Assembly: GCA_963716395.1 (NCBI GenBank)
Contig: OY970309.1
Span: 1,888,001 to 1,952,000 of the forward strand
DNA from: an uncultured Fibrobacteria bacterium
Lineage (GTDB): Bacteria > Fibrobacterota > Fibrobacteria > UBA11236
Direction: 5' to 3'
Length of the DNA stretch: 64,000 bases
Shown: piece by piece, positions 10,548 through 19,531 of the stretch
Layout of the letters: each line of letters begins with the position of its first letter
Position numbering within the stretch: the first letter of the stretch is position 1
Position numbers and translations under genes: made by a program
Notes under the pieces: model-generated
Told to the model about the DNA's origin: nothing
The model's input: only the letters and a program-made list of their open reading frames with translations
The model's database searches: none

Positions 10548-11884
10548 GATTTGCGACCGGGATCGCCATCCTGGCGGCCACTCTGCTCGGGGCCTGCGTC
10601 TTCGAGCAGCAAACGGCGGGCGGCGAAGATTTTCCCAATACGCTGGAACCCCTGGGCAAGGCGGCCGCCGAACCCATCGCCAACCACACCCAATGGGATC
10701 AATTCCAGAACATTCCGGCCGTGCCGAACGTTCAGTCCAGCGACACCCTGGCTCAGCCCGCGCCCACGGCCAAACCCGCTTTGGCCAAGATCGCGGCGTC
10801 AGACAGCGCCACCTGGGATTTGCGCGACACGGCCTTGGCGCAGGGCGGCGTGGCGCGGGAATACGTGGTGAAATCCGGCCTGTTGAAAATCGAACGCGAT
10901 ACCTTGGTCTATCGATGGAACGCGGCCTTCGGGGATTCGGTTCCCGGCAGCGCCGTATTGCTCGAAGTGCGCGGCCGAACCCTGACCTATCTCACTTTGC
11001 GCCTGTTGGTTTACCGCTATTTGAATCTGGATTCGAGCGGCGCCTTGGATCAGGCGGATTTCACGGAATACACCGTGGGTTTCGCCGACAGCGCGGTGCA
11101 TATTCTGCACATCAAGATGCTGGCCGGTCCCGACGGCGATTTGGCGACCTTGGGCGACAATTTGTGGAAGCAGTACGAGTTTCTGCGGGTGCGCGGCGGA
11201 ACCGACACGTTGGAATGGACGCGGGTGGTCGACGCCGACGGCGACGGCCTGTTGTGGTCCGGCGGTGATTCGGGGATGGTGGACTTGCGGCAAGACGTGG
11301 AGTCGCCCGCGTTACGGCCGCAAGACCTGCATCTGTCGCTCAACTTGCGCGCCAAGGTGTACCACAAAGGCGACAGCGCGATCCCGCTGGCGTATACCGA
11401 GACCAACGCGTTGCGCAACGGGGTGACGACGGTTTTTACGGCCAAGGGCGTGCATGTCGACTCGCTGCTCATTCCCGGCGACACGGCCGTGGTCACCTTC
11501 GACCAGATTTATCCTCCAGATGCGGACCGGGTAGAGTCCTATGCGCGTTACCGCATTCTGCTGGCGTCCCAGCCGTGGCATTTCGCCGACAACGCCCTCA
11601 TCCGCTTCCACGCCGAAAATACCTGGCGCGCGGGCGTCATCCGCAGTGCGATCATGGATTTTACGCCTGACAGCATGGTGGTTTCGGGCCAGCTGCAGAT
11701 CGCGGGCAGCTTCACTTTGAGCGTGGTGTACGATGACGGCGGCACGGGTGCGGTGACCGGAACCTACCGCAATCACATCATCGCGGCCACCTTGCACCAG
11801 AATAAAGCGGGTCTGCTGCAAACTTTTTCGCTGAGCTTCGACGCCAACGGCAAATTGCTGACCCAATCCTTGCTGCCGCCATGA
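10544..11884 (+). CDS. Hypothetical lipoprotein
   Basis: ATGA overlap with TIGR02147; lipobox LGAC; GGEDFPN motif. Confidence 0.85.
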   Translation: MRFATGIAILAATLLGACVFEQQTAGGEDFPNTLEPLGKAAAEPIANHTQWDQFQNIPAVPNVQSSDTLAQPAPTAKPALAKIAASDSATWDLRDTALAQGGVAREYVVKSGLLKIERDTLVYRWNAAFGDSVPGSAVLLEVRGRTLTYLTLRLLVYRYLNLDSSGALDQADFTEYTVGFADSAVHILHIKMLAGPDGDLATLGDNLWKQYEFLRVRGGTDTLEWTRVVDADGDGLLWSGGDSGMVDLRQDVESPALRPQDLHLSLNLRAKVYHKGDSAIPLAYTETNALRNGVTTVFTAKGVHVDSLLIPGDTAVVTFDQIYPPDADRVESYARYRILLASQPWHFADNALIRFHAENTWRAGVIRSAIMDFTPDSMVVSGQLQIAGSFTLSVVYDDGGTGAVTGTYRNHIIAATLHQNKAGLLQTFSLSFDANGKLLTQSLLPP

Positions 11885-11937
11885 TCCAAATCCCGCTCCC
11901 TCCGCAGACGGTCTGAGTACCGCCTCGGCCTTCGGCC

Positions 11938-12075
11938 GGTTCGACATCCCTCGACGGGCTCGGGAACCAAGCTCACCGACCGAAAAGGGTTCGGCAGGCT
12001 TTGGAAACCGGCTCAGGGCGCGGCGAATGAGCCTGCCGTGTGGCCGACTCCGCGGCGGGTGAGCCTGTCGAACCC
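11938..12075. repeat. REP/REPIN-like palindromic element cluster (GGTTCGACA(A/G)GCTCACC type)
   Basis: Inverted units GGTTCGACA..AAGCTCACC and GGTGAGCCTGTCGAACC between convergent genes. Confidence 0.7.
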
Positions 12076-12104
12076 GCCGGGATCGGTGCGTGATCTTTTT
12101 TTAT

Positions 12105-13250
12105 TTAACCGGGTTGGTTCCGCGGTTGAATTTCGGCGCGCAGGGCCGCGAAGGCTTTCCACACCGTCTCCGCCCGCAAGGTTTTGAGGCATTCCTTGTA
12201 ATTCGGATTGACGCAGCGGTGACCGCAGGGCCGGCAGGGCATGGGTTCAACCTGCACGCACCGCGTCAGCGGCCCGCGCGGTTCCACGTGCCGGGCGTCG
12301 GACGAGCCGTTGATCCAGAGCACGGGTTTGCCGTAATACCCGGCCATGTGGCCCAAAAAATTGTCGGTGGCCACCACGCCGGCCGCGTTCTGCACCTGGC
12401 CCGCCAGCCGCAACAGCGGTCCGCGCCAAAAACCCACGCGCTGCGCCCAGCGGCTGCGGAAGCGCGCAAACCCGGCGCCGGCGTCAGGGGGATCGAGAAT
12501 CAGCAAGGGCAAGCGCGACTCCGTCATTTTTTCCAGCAAGTCGTCCCAATGCTCGAAGGGCCAGTTCTTGGAGTCTTTGCGCGTCCAGCAGGAAAGAATC
12601 CACGGCGCGGTGACGGTGTCGAGGAGGGGAAAGGAACGGGTCTCGCGGCGCAAACCGGCCGATGACGTCAGCGCGCATTTCTTTTCCCAATTGCGGCGAT
12701 GCTCCCAAAACGCCGCGGCCACGGCGGCGTTCTTGTCGGCTTGATGCACGGCCTCGGCCGGCAGGGGAAAGCGATACTGGAAAAACCAGGCGTGCGGCCG
12801 TGCATAGGAGGTCACGCGGCAGGCGCCGGCCACGCGCAGCCAAAAGGCGCTGCGCGGATCGGCATCGAAGTCGAGCGCCCAATATCCCAACGCGCCCCGC
12901 AGCTTGCAGGCCGCCGCCCCGGTGCGCAGAAAAGAGCGCAGTCCCGGCCGCCGGAAAAAGGCGTTGTCGAAGGCCAAGCCCTCCAGCCCCTCGGCCTGGA
13001 GCAGTTCGAGGCAATCGGGACGGCAAACGATTTGCACGCGCACGTGGCTGGCCAAGGTTTTGATCGCCGGCAGCGCCAGATATAAATCGCCGATCATATA
13101 ACTCTGGAAAATCGTGAGCGGCGCAGCGTTGTCGCGCGGTTTTTTCCGTAGCAGCCACAGCCAGGGCGTCAGGGCCACGGCTCCCGCCGCCGCCATCCAC
13201 CCTGGCCCGCGGCGGCGGGGGAGGTTCGGGTTGTCGGAGGACCAGGGCAT
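12105..13250 (-). CDS. Glycosyltransferase family 9 (heptosyltransferase-like)
   Basis: IGDLYLALPAI, KNWP, DNFLGHMA, PCRPC motifs. Confidence 0.88.
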   Translation of the reverse strand: MPWSSDNPNLPRRRGPGWMAAAGAVALTPWLWLLRKKPRDNAAPLTIFQSYMIGDLYLALPAIKTLASHVRVQIVCRPDCLELLQAEGLEGLAFDNAFFRRPGLRSFLRTGAAACKLRGALGYWALDFDADPRSAFWLRVAGACRVTSYARPHAWFFQYRFPLPAEAVHQADKNAAVAAAFWEHRRNWEKKCALTSSAGLRRETRSFPLLDTVTAPWILSCWTRKDSKNWPFEHWDDLLEKMTESRLPLLILDPPDAGAGFARFRSRWAQRVGFWRGPLLRLAGQVQNAAGVVATDNFLGHMAGYYGKPVLWINGSSDARHVEPRGPLTRCVQVEPMPCRPCGHRCVNPNYKECLKTLRAETVWKAFAALRAEIQPRNQPG

Positions 13251-13394
13251 CGGCGTAACTTGGATGTTTCGGGTAAAAATAGCCAATCGACCGGGGTCCG
13301 ACGCGGCTTTTACCGGTCCCGCGCGGTTTTTTGCGGGGGGCTGCGTTTTGGCGAACCGGTCTGTCTATTTTGCTGGCCGCAAACCCCGGTCCGC

Positions 13395-14540
13395 ATGCCA
13401 GCCCCAACTTCTTCTGCCCCGCCTTGCGCGCCGCCGCCGGTTGCCCCGACGGTGTTGCTCGTCATTCTCACCGATCTTTCCACGGACCACCGCTGCTTCA
13501 AGTGGGCCAAGAGCCTGCGGCAATGGGGGGAACATCCCGTGATTTATTGCGATCAACCGCGGCATGCGTTGGGCGAAGCCTGGAGCGGCTTCGACGTGCG
13601 CATTCTGACGCGCCGTTCGCATTTGCAGGAATTCCTTCCGGTATTTGCGGCTTTTTGGCGGCGCCTCGCGCCCGCGCTCTGGCGCACACCGGCCCGGATT
13701 TGGATTGCCCTGGACGCGCCGCCGCTGCTGGGGCTGGCCTTTATCGGCAAGCTGCGGCGGCGCACCGTGATCTACGATGCGCACGAACTGTTCCTGGAAA
13801 CTCCGATGGTCTTGTCACGGCCGGGCCGCCGGATTTTCTGGTGGCTGTGGGAGCAGGGCGGTTTTGCGCTCATTGCCCGCGCCGTCACGGTCAGCCCCCC
13901 GATTTTGGCGCGCCTGCAGCAACACCATCGGGCGGTGGGGTTTTACCTCTTGCCCAATATGCCCTTTCGCGTTTCCCGACCATCCGAGCCGAATCGCGAT
14001 GTACCTCACGGTGAAATACGCTTGATCTTTCAGGGCGGATTGCGCACGGCTTCGGGGTTGCCCGAACTGTTCGCCGCGCTGGCGGAACGACCCGCCTGCC
14101 GCCTGGATATTTACGGCGACGGAGTCGAAGGCGATAACGTGCGCGCCGCCGCCCGGCACGAGCACCTCGGAGAGCGCGTGGCTTTTCACGGAGCCGTTCC
14201 CTTTGAGAGCCTGCCCGCAACTTTGGAGCGGGCCCATCTCGGCGTGCACCTCATGCAACCGGTATGCGGTAGCTTCGCCCTGACCTGGGCCAACAAAATT
14301 TTCGATTACGTGCATGGGCTTTGTCCGGTGCTACTCAGCGACAATCCTGCGCATCAGTCTCTGTTGCATGAGTTCCGCGTCGGCGTCACGGTCGACGCCT
14401 TTTCCACCTCGGCCATCGGTGGCGGGATCGACGCCTTGCTGGCCGGCTACCCCGCTTTTGTCGCGGCTTGCCGCCGGGCCCGCGAGCAATGGCATTGGGA
14501 AGCCTTCGCGGCCAACCTGGGCCCCTTTCTGGGACTATGA
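13395..14540 (+). CDS. Glycosyltransferase family 4 (GT-B)
   Basis: IYDAHEL, FHGAVP, NKIFDY motifs; start uncertain. Confidence 0.88.
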   Translation: MPAPTSSAPPCAPPPVAPTVLLVILTDLSTDHRCFKWAKSLRQWGEHPVIYCDQPRHALGEAWSGFDVRILTRRSHLQEFLPVFAAFWRRLAPALWRTPARIWIALDAPPLLGLAFIGKLRRRTVIYDAHELFLETPMVLSRPGRRIFWWLWEQGGFALIARAVTVSPPILARLQQHHRAVGFYLLPNMPFRVSRPSEPNRDVPHGEIRLIFQGGLRTASGLPELFAALAERPACRLDIYGDGVEGDNVRAAARHEHLGERVAFHGAVPFESLPATLERAHLGVHLMQPVCGSFALTWANKIFDYVHGLCPVLLSDNPAHQSLLHEFRVGVTVDAFSTSAIGGGIDALLAGYPAFVAACRRAREQWHWEAFAANLGPFLGL

Positions 14541-16006
14541 GCGAAACTCCGGGGTCGTTGGGACGCGCCGCCGGATCGGCCTTGCGCTGGAACTCCGTCG
14601 GCGTCGGGGTATCCATGGTGTCGCAATTCGTGCAGTTGCTGGTGCTGGCGCGCCTTCTGGCTCCGCGTGAATTCGGATTGGCGGCATCGGCTCTGGCCGT
14701 TGCCGGGTTTGCGCAGGGCTTCACCGATTTGGGGCTTGGCAATGCCCTGGTCCAGCACGGCGAAGTCGACAACCCGCTTTGGTCCAACGCGTGGCGCGCT
14801 TGCGCCGGCACCGGATTGATTCTGGCTGCGGCGCTTTTCGCCTCGGCACCGGCCTGGGCCGCGCTGCTGCGCTTACCGGGACTGGCCCCGGTATTGGGCC
14901 TGGCAGCGCTGGCTTTGCCCTTCGCCGGGCCGGCCAGCGTGTACCAGGCCAAAGCGCAACGGGAGCTTCGCTTCGCGCGCTTGGCGACCGCCGAAATCGT
15001 CGCCGCCCTCTTCTCCCTGGCGGCGGCTCTGGCCTGGGTGGCCTGGCGCCGCGATGCCCTGGCCGTGGTGGCGGGGCAAATCACTTTGACCTCCGTGCGC
15101 TGCCTGGCCTTGGCGCCGGCCTCGCGCATCGCGCCCCTGCGCGGACCCTGGCGTTGGTCCGATCTGCGCCCCGTCGCCCGTTTCGGCGGCTTTCAATTGG
15201 GCGAACGCGCACTGAACGCCGCGGCCGGCAATCTCGATCGCCTACTGGTGGCCCGCTGGCTTGGCGCCGCGGCCGCGGGTTATTACACCTTGGGATCGCA
15301 AATCGCCTTGCGGCCCATGGTGCTGTTGGCACCGTTCGCCTTCCGCACCTTGTTCCCGCTGTGGTCGCGGTTGCAGGACGACCGCCGCCGCATCGCGGTT
15401 TCTTTCATCCACTCCGTATCCCTTCTGTGCCTGTTGGCCGCGGGGGTATACGCCCTGCTCGGCGGTCTGGCCCCCGCGTTGGTGCGGGTTGTGCTTGGTC
15501 CGGGATGGGAACCCGTATCACCCGTGTTACGCATTCTGGCGGGCCTCGGCTGGATTTGGACCGCCTCGCAACCCTTGGCCAGCGCCACCCTGGCCCTTGG
15601 CCGCGCGCGCGCCAGCTTTTGGCTCAACGTGCTGGTGCTGGCCACCAATGCCGCCGGGGTGCTGGTGGGGTTGCATTTCGGCCTCACGGGTGCGGCCTGG
15701 GGCATTTTGGCCGCGGCCGCGGCACTGCTCCCGCTCGACGTGATGCTTGTCCGCCGCTGGTTGCAGATTCCGGCGCGGCAATTTTTGGCGGCCGCCGCCC
15801 GGCCCTTGCCCGCGGCCCTGGCGGCGGGGATTGCCATCGCCAACCTGATCGCGTTGCCGTGGTGGTCAGCCTGGCCGAGATTCGCGGCGCTGGCGGTGCA
15901 GGGGATTTTAGCCGTCGCTGTCTATGCGGCGGCGTCCCGGGTATTTCATCGCCGCGGCTGGCCTGAGGCTTGGGTTGAAATGAAGACAAAAATTTTTCGT
16001 GTTTAA
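14537..16006 (+). CDS. wzx: Polysaccharide flippase (WzxC-like)
   Basis: LARLLAPREFGL, DLGLGNALVQ; many transmembrane segments; ATGA overlap. Confidence 0.88.
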   Translation: MSETPGSLGRAAGSALRWNSVGVGVSMVSQFVQLLVLARLLAPREFGLAASALAVAGFAQGFTDLGLGNALVQHGEVDNPLWSNAWRACAGTGLILAAALFASAPAWAALLRLPGLAPVLGLAALALPFAGPASVYQAKAQRELRFARLATAEIVAALFSLAAALAWVAWRRDALAVVAGQITLTSVRCLALAPASRIAPLRGPWRWSDLRPVARFGGFQLGERALNAAAGNLDRLLVARWLGAAAAGYYTLGSQIALRPMVLLAPFAFRTLFPLWSRLQDDRRRIAVSFIHSVSLLCLLAAGVYALLGGLAPALVRVVLGPGWEPVSPVLRILAGLGWIWTASQPLASATLALGRARASFWLNVLVLATNAAGVLVGLHFGLTGAAWGILAAAAALLPLDVMLVRRWLQIPARQFLAAAARPLPAALAAGIAIANLIALPWWSAWPRFAALAVQGILAVAVYAAASRVFHRRGWPEAWVEMKTKIFRV

Positions 16007-16052
16007 AATCACATCGGCACCGCCGCACCGGCCGCCGGAGAGTTCCTGCGAA

Positions 16053-18752
16053 TTAATGCGCGTTCAACACCAAGCGGCGCCATACATGGCCGTCTGGTTG
16101 GCGTAATTGCAAGACCACCAAACCCTCGGACAGGCCGTGTAGGTCCACCGAGCTGCCGTCGGAGGCAGGCTGCAAGATCAAGCTGCTAACGCCGTGGCCG
16201 TTGATGGGGGTGACCGTCAATTGCGCCGCTTGCGACAGTCCAAAAAGACGGAAACGGCCGTTGCCCAGGTTTTGCAGGACAAGGTCCTTCGCCGCAGACG
16301 ACGGCCGGACGCCCGCATTCCCCGGTAAAATTTGAAAGACGTGATCGCTGAGGTCACGGGTACGCCCGAAATACTCATACACGGTGACCAGGCAGCGGTT
16401 TGAAACCAAGGATTTTCCATCCAAAGAATCGGGCAACTGGAAGGCGAAGCGGCCCCAATCGGCATCGCCGACGCGCACCGAACTGGTGCGGGTGAGGGGA
16501 ATCCAACTCGCGCCGCTATCCACGGAAAGCTCGATGCCAACCGAAAGCACCCACGACGTGTCGGCGGTCCAACGCACAATCAGGGAATCGCCGACTCGAT
16601 ATTGCTCGCCCCCGTTGGGCGCATTCACCTGCACGGGTGTGGGCGCATCGCTGTAGGCTTCGATCGCGGCCAAGCCATAACCGCCGCCGTCGGCCGCGCT
16701 GAGCGAGATGCCGAGTCCGTTGCTGTCGGATACCGTGACATCCGTCTCAAAAATCATTGCCCCGATGGCACCCGCGGGCTTGGCCGGCGCCGCGAAGGGC
16801 GCTCCGATGGTTTGACCTTCGAGTCCCACGCTCAAACTTGAGGTTGCCTTCGCCGACGCATCGTTCAAGCTGGTGAAATGCAGACGCACGTGATAGCGGT
16901 TGTTGGGTACCGGCAGGGTCAAACCGGAAGGGCTGTTGCGATAGAGGCGGTAGGCGACCGCGGGAGCCGGGTCGATGACCGAATCCAGTTGCACGATGGT
17001 GTCGCTTTGCCGCACCAGCGGCATCGTACCCAGGAGGGAGGTATCCGGCAGCCAGCCCGCACCCAGGGCGGGTTCAGCGGCATAGCGCCATACGCCTTTG
17101 GCCACCACCACCGAAGTGGTGCACACCACGGCCCCTTCAGACCCGTAAGCGGAAAAGGTGTGGAAGACCTGGCTCGAATCCGCGGTGGCTTGTCCGCCGG
17201 AGGTGAGATGCAAACCGGAAGAACCGGTCCAGGTCAAGGGCGATGCCAAAGTCCAGGGCCGTCCGATTTGATCCTTTCCATCCGCCGCGAGCTGCACCGT
17301 GTCGCCCGGCCGGAGCACGGCCGTATGCGGACGCGGCACCAGGGTGGTGAGCGCCGGATTGGCATACAGGAAGGTTACGGTGTAAGCCGCTGAATCGACG
17401 CCCTGGCCATAGCTCAAAACCACACGGGCCCTATAACTTCCCAGGGGCAGATTTTTGCGGGTCACGGTGTTGACCACCTGCGGGGCATTGGTGCCATTGG
17501 CGAGAATCGTGACCCGCAGCCAGGTGGTGTCGGAATCGGGATAGGCGGCCGTCAACGGCGGCAAAACGCCATCGCCGGCGTTGGATACATGCGTCGTGTC
17601 GGGTCCAGGGTCGGCGCTGTCTTGCGGCAGCGCGGTGAACAGGAAGGCATCGCGATCCAGGCGAAGAGTGGCCGGGGTTACGCCGTTTTTGACCCACAGA
17701 TGCGGGGTCAGATTCACCCCGTCGCCTTCCAACACCCGCAGCAGGCGGCTGGGACCGGAGGTATCGATGCGCACGATGTAGAGATCGCCCGAATCGGCGA
17801 TATCGACGTCTTTGGATCCGGTGGCCGTGAAATAGTCTTCGTCGGTGGACCATTCGGGGTTACCCCAGAATAGATTGCCGCTGCTGTCGTTGTTGCAGTT
17901 GTCACCGGGAATGCCCATGTACCAGAAGGGATGATCGATGTCGGGATCATTCCAACCCCGGATGAAAATAGCCTTGTGGTTGTCGTAAACCTTGCCCTCC
18001 ACCGTGCCTTGCCCCGAGGTCAAATACATCATGCGGTCCTGGCGCGTGGGATCGGTCGACATGCTGATCGAGGCGTTGCAACCCGACAGCCATCCCGAGG
18101 TCAGCCAGTTTTTCGAGGCCAGGTAGGCCGTATCGATTCGGGTGGAATCGAGTTCGTACATGCCGGTGCTGTGGTGTGACGAAGCGCCCCACCGCCCGTC
18201 GCGCGAGCGACCCGTCGACATCAGATAGGGCACCAGCATCGTGGCCGGCCCCAATGTGTCATGGCCGTTGACGATGCGCCGGATATAGGTGCCCCCGCTG
18301 GCGGGCGGCCAGGTGGGGTCATTGATGTCGCCCAAGGTGTAGGTCACGTATTCGTTCCCAGTGCCGGGTTGCACCCACCAATGGGGCTCCAACGATTCGC
18401 CGCTGGGACGATCCACGCTGCCGCAGTAAACCGCGTATTCGGTTTGCGAGTTCTCGACCAGGTCGCGCACGAACACGCTATCGAAGCGTTCGTAGAGCAC
18501 GCGCGTTCCGTCCCAACTGATCATGGGGTTGGCGGCCTCGGTCGTGGCCACCCGGTGTTCCACCAGTACGCTGTCGTCAAAGTCGAGGTAATAAATCTGG
18601 TAGGTGTAGTCCCGGATGAACGCGACTTTGCCGGTGCGGCCGCCCAAAAAGGCGCGCACCTCCGGGCCGGTGACCAGGGCCTTGGCCTCCGCGGGCCGCC
18701 AGACCGACAGCATCGCCGCACCCACGGCGGCGGCCCACCCGAAAAATTTCAC
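16053..18752 (-). CDS. Large secreted multidomain protein (propeller-like N-terminus, Ig-like, malectin-like, PNGGE module, C-terminal tail)
   Basis: Signal peptide; YHVRLHF malectin-like motif; PNGGEQY..GD...VRW; GTGA overlap with upstream gene. Confidence 0.8.
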   Translation of the reverse strand: MKFFGWAAAVGAAMLSVWRPAEAKALVTGPEVRAFLGGRTGKVAFIRDYTYQIYYLDFDDSVLVEHRVATTEAANPMISWDGTRVLYERFDSVFVRDLVENSQTEYAVYCGSVDRPSGESLEPHWWVQPGTGNEYVTYTLGDINDPTWPPASGGTYIRRIVNGHDTLGPATMLVPYLMSTGRSRDGRWGASSHHSTGMYELDSTRIDTAYLASKNWLTSGWLSGCNASISMSTDPTRQDRMMYLTSGQGTVEGKVYDNHKAIFIRGWNDPDIDHPFWYMGIPGDNCNNDSSGNLFWGNPEWSTDEDYFTATGSKDVDIADSGDLYIVRIDTSGPSRLLRVLEGDGVNLTPHLWVKNGVTPATLRLDRDAFLFTALPQDSADPGPDTTHVSNAGDGVLPPLTAAYPDSDTTWLRVTILANGTNAPQVVNTVTRKNLPLGSYRARVVLSYGQGVDSAAYTVTFLYANPALTTLVPRPHTAVLRPGDTVQLAADGKDQIGRPWTLASPLTWTGSSGLHLTSGGQATADSSQVFHTFSAYGSEGAVVCTTSVVVAKGVWRYAAEPALGAGWLPDTSLLGTMPLVRQSDTIVQLDSVIDPAPAVAYRLYRNSPSGLTLPVPNNRYHVRLHFTSLNDASAKATSSLSVGLEGQTIGAPFAAPAKPAGAIGAMIFETDVTVSDSNGLGISLSAADGGGYGLAAIEAYSDAPTPVQVNAPNGGEQYRVGDSLIVRWTADTSWVLSVGIELSVDSGASWIPLTRTSSVRVGDADWGRFAFQLPDSLDGKSLVSNRCLVTVYEYFGRTRDLSDHVFQILPGNAGVRPSSAAKDLVLQNLGNGRFRLFGLSQAAQLTVTPINGHGVSSLILQPASDGSSVDLHGLSEGLVVLQLRQPDGHVWRRLVLNAH

Positions 18753-19456
18753 CGGAGCACCGCTGCGATGGAATCGGCCAGAATCGAGGCGATGGCTGCA
18801 TGGCCGTGATTGCCGGGATGCCATTGGATGGCAGGATCGGCATAGCCCGAGTTATAAGCGTAGTTGGCGGAGTCTTTGGCGAGGGCCGTGATATCGACGA
18901 GATGGACATCGTCAATTCCCTGCATGGCCTGGAGAACCGCGGCCGTGCGGAGGGCTGTCAGGGTCGTGTCGTTCCATACCGACAGGCAGAAAATGGGGAA
19001 GTCGCCGCCTTGCCGCAGGGCCCACAAAAGTTCGCGATATTGAAAGAGAAGTTGGCCGGTTTCCACTTCGAGGTCATTCGAATTCTCGCCCAATTGCACC
19101 ACCACCCAGCGCGGATGGGCTTGGGTCAGGTCCCAAGTCACATTGTGAAAATGTTCGTCGATGGGGCCGTCGCAAACCTCGCAGTCGCGGCGGCCATAGA
19201 AGATGCCCGCGGCGACGCCGAGTGGCTGCAAATCGCGGATGGTGGAATGGACGTAATCGCTGTCCGGAACCGTGGCTGCCATGCCGTTCTCTTGGCTCCA
19301 ACCGATGGACGGCAGCGAATCGTGCAAGGTGATGCTATTACCCAAAAACAGCACATTCGGCGGTTGTGTTTGCGTGTTGAACATGCAGGCCTGCAGGATC
19401 GAAATCCCGATCCAGGCAACCCCCCCACAACTTAAGATACGCAAGGGCCACCTCAT
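18749..19456 (-). CDS. SGNH/GDSL hydrolase lipoprotein
   Basis: Lipobox LQAC; LFLGNSIT, QLGEN, WHPGNHGH. Confidence 0.85.
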   Translation of the reverse strand: MRWPLRILSCGGVAWIGISILQACMFNTQTQPPNVLFLGNSITLHDSLPSIGWSQENGMAATVPDSDYVHSTIRDLQPLGVAAGIFYGRRDCEVCDGPIDEHFHNVTWDLTQAHPRWVVVQLGENSNDLEVETGQLLFQYRELLWALRQGGDFPIFCLSVWNDTTLTALRTAAVLQAMQGIDDVHLVDITALAKDSANYAYNSGYADPAIQWHPGNHGHAAIASILADSIAAVLR

Positions 19457-19531
19457 CCGGGTGAATAATTTACTTGATTGCTTTTCTCCGCCATGTGCAC
19501 CGGTAGAGGACCTGGACCTTTTTGATCGGCC

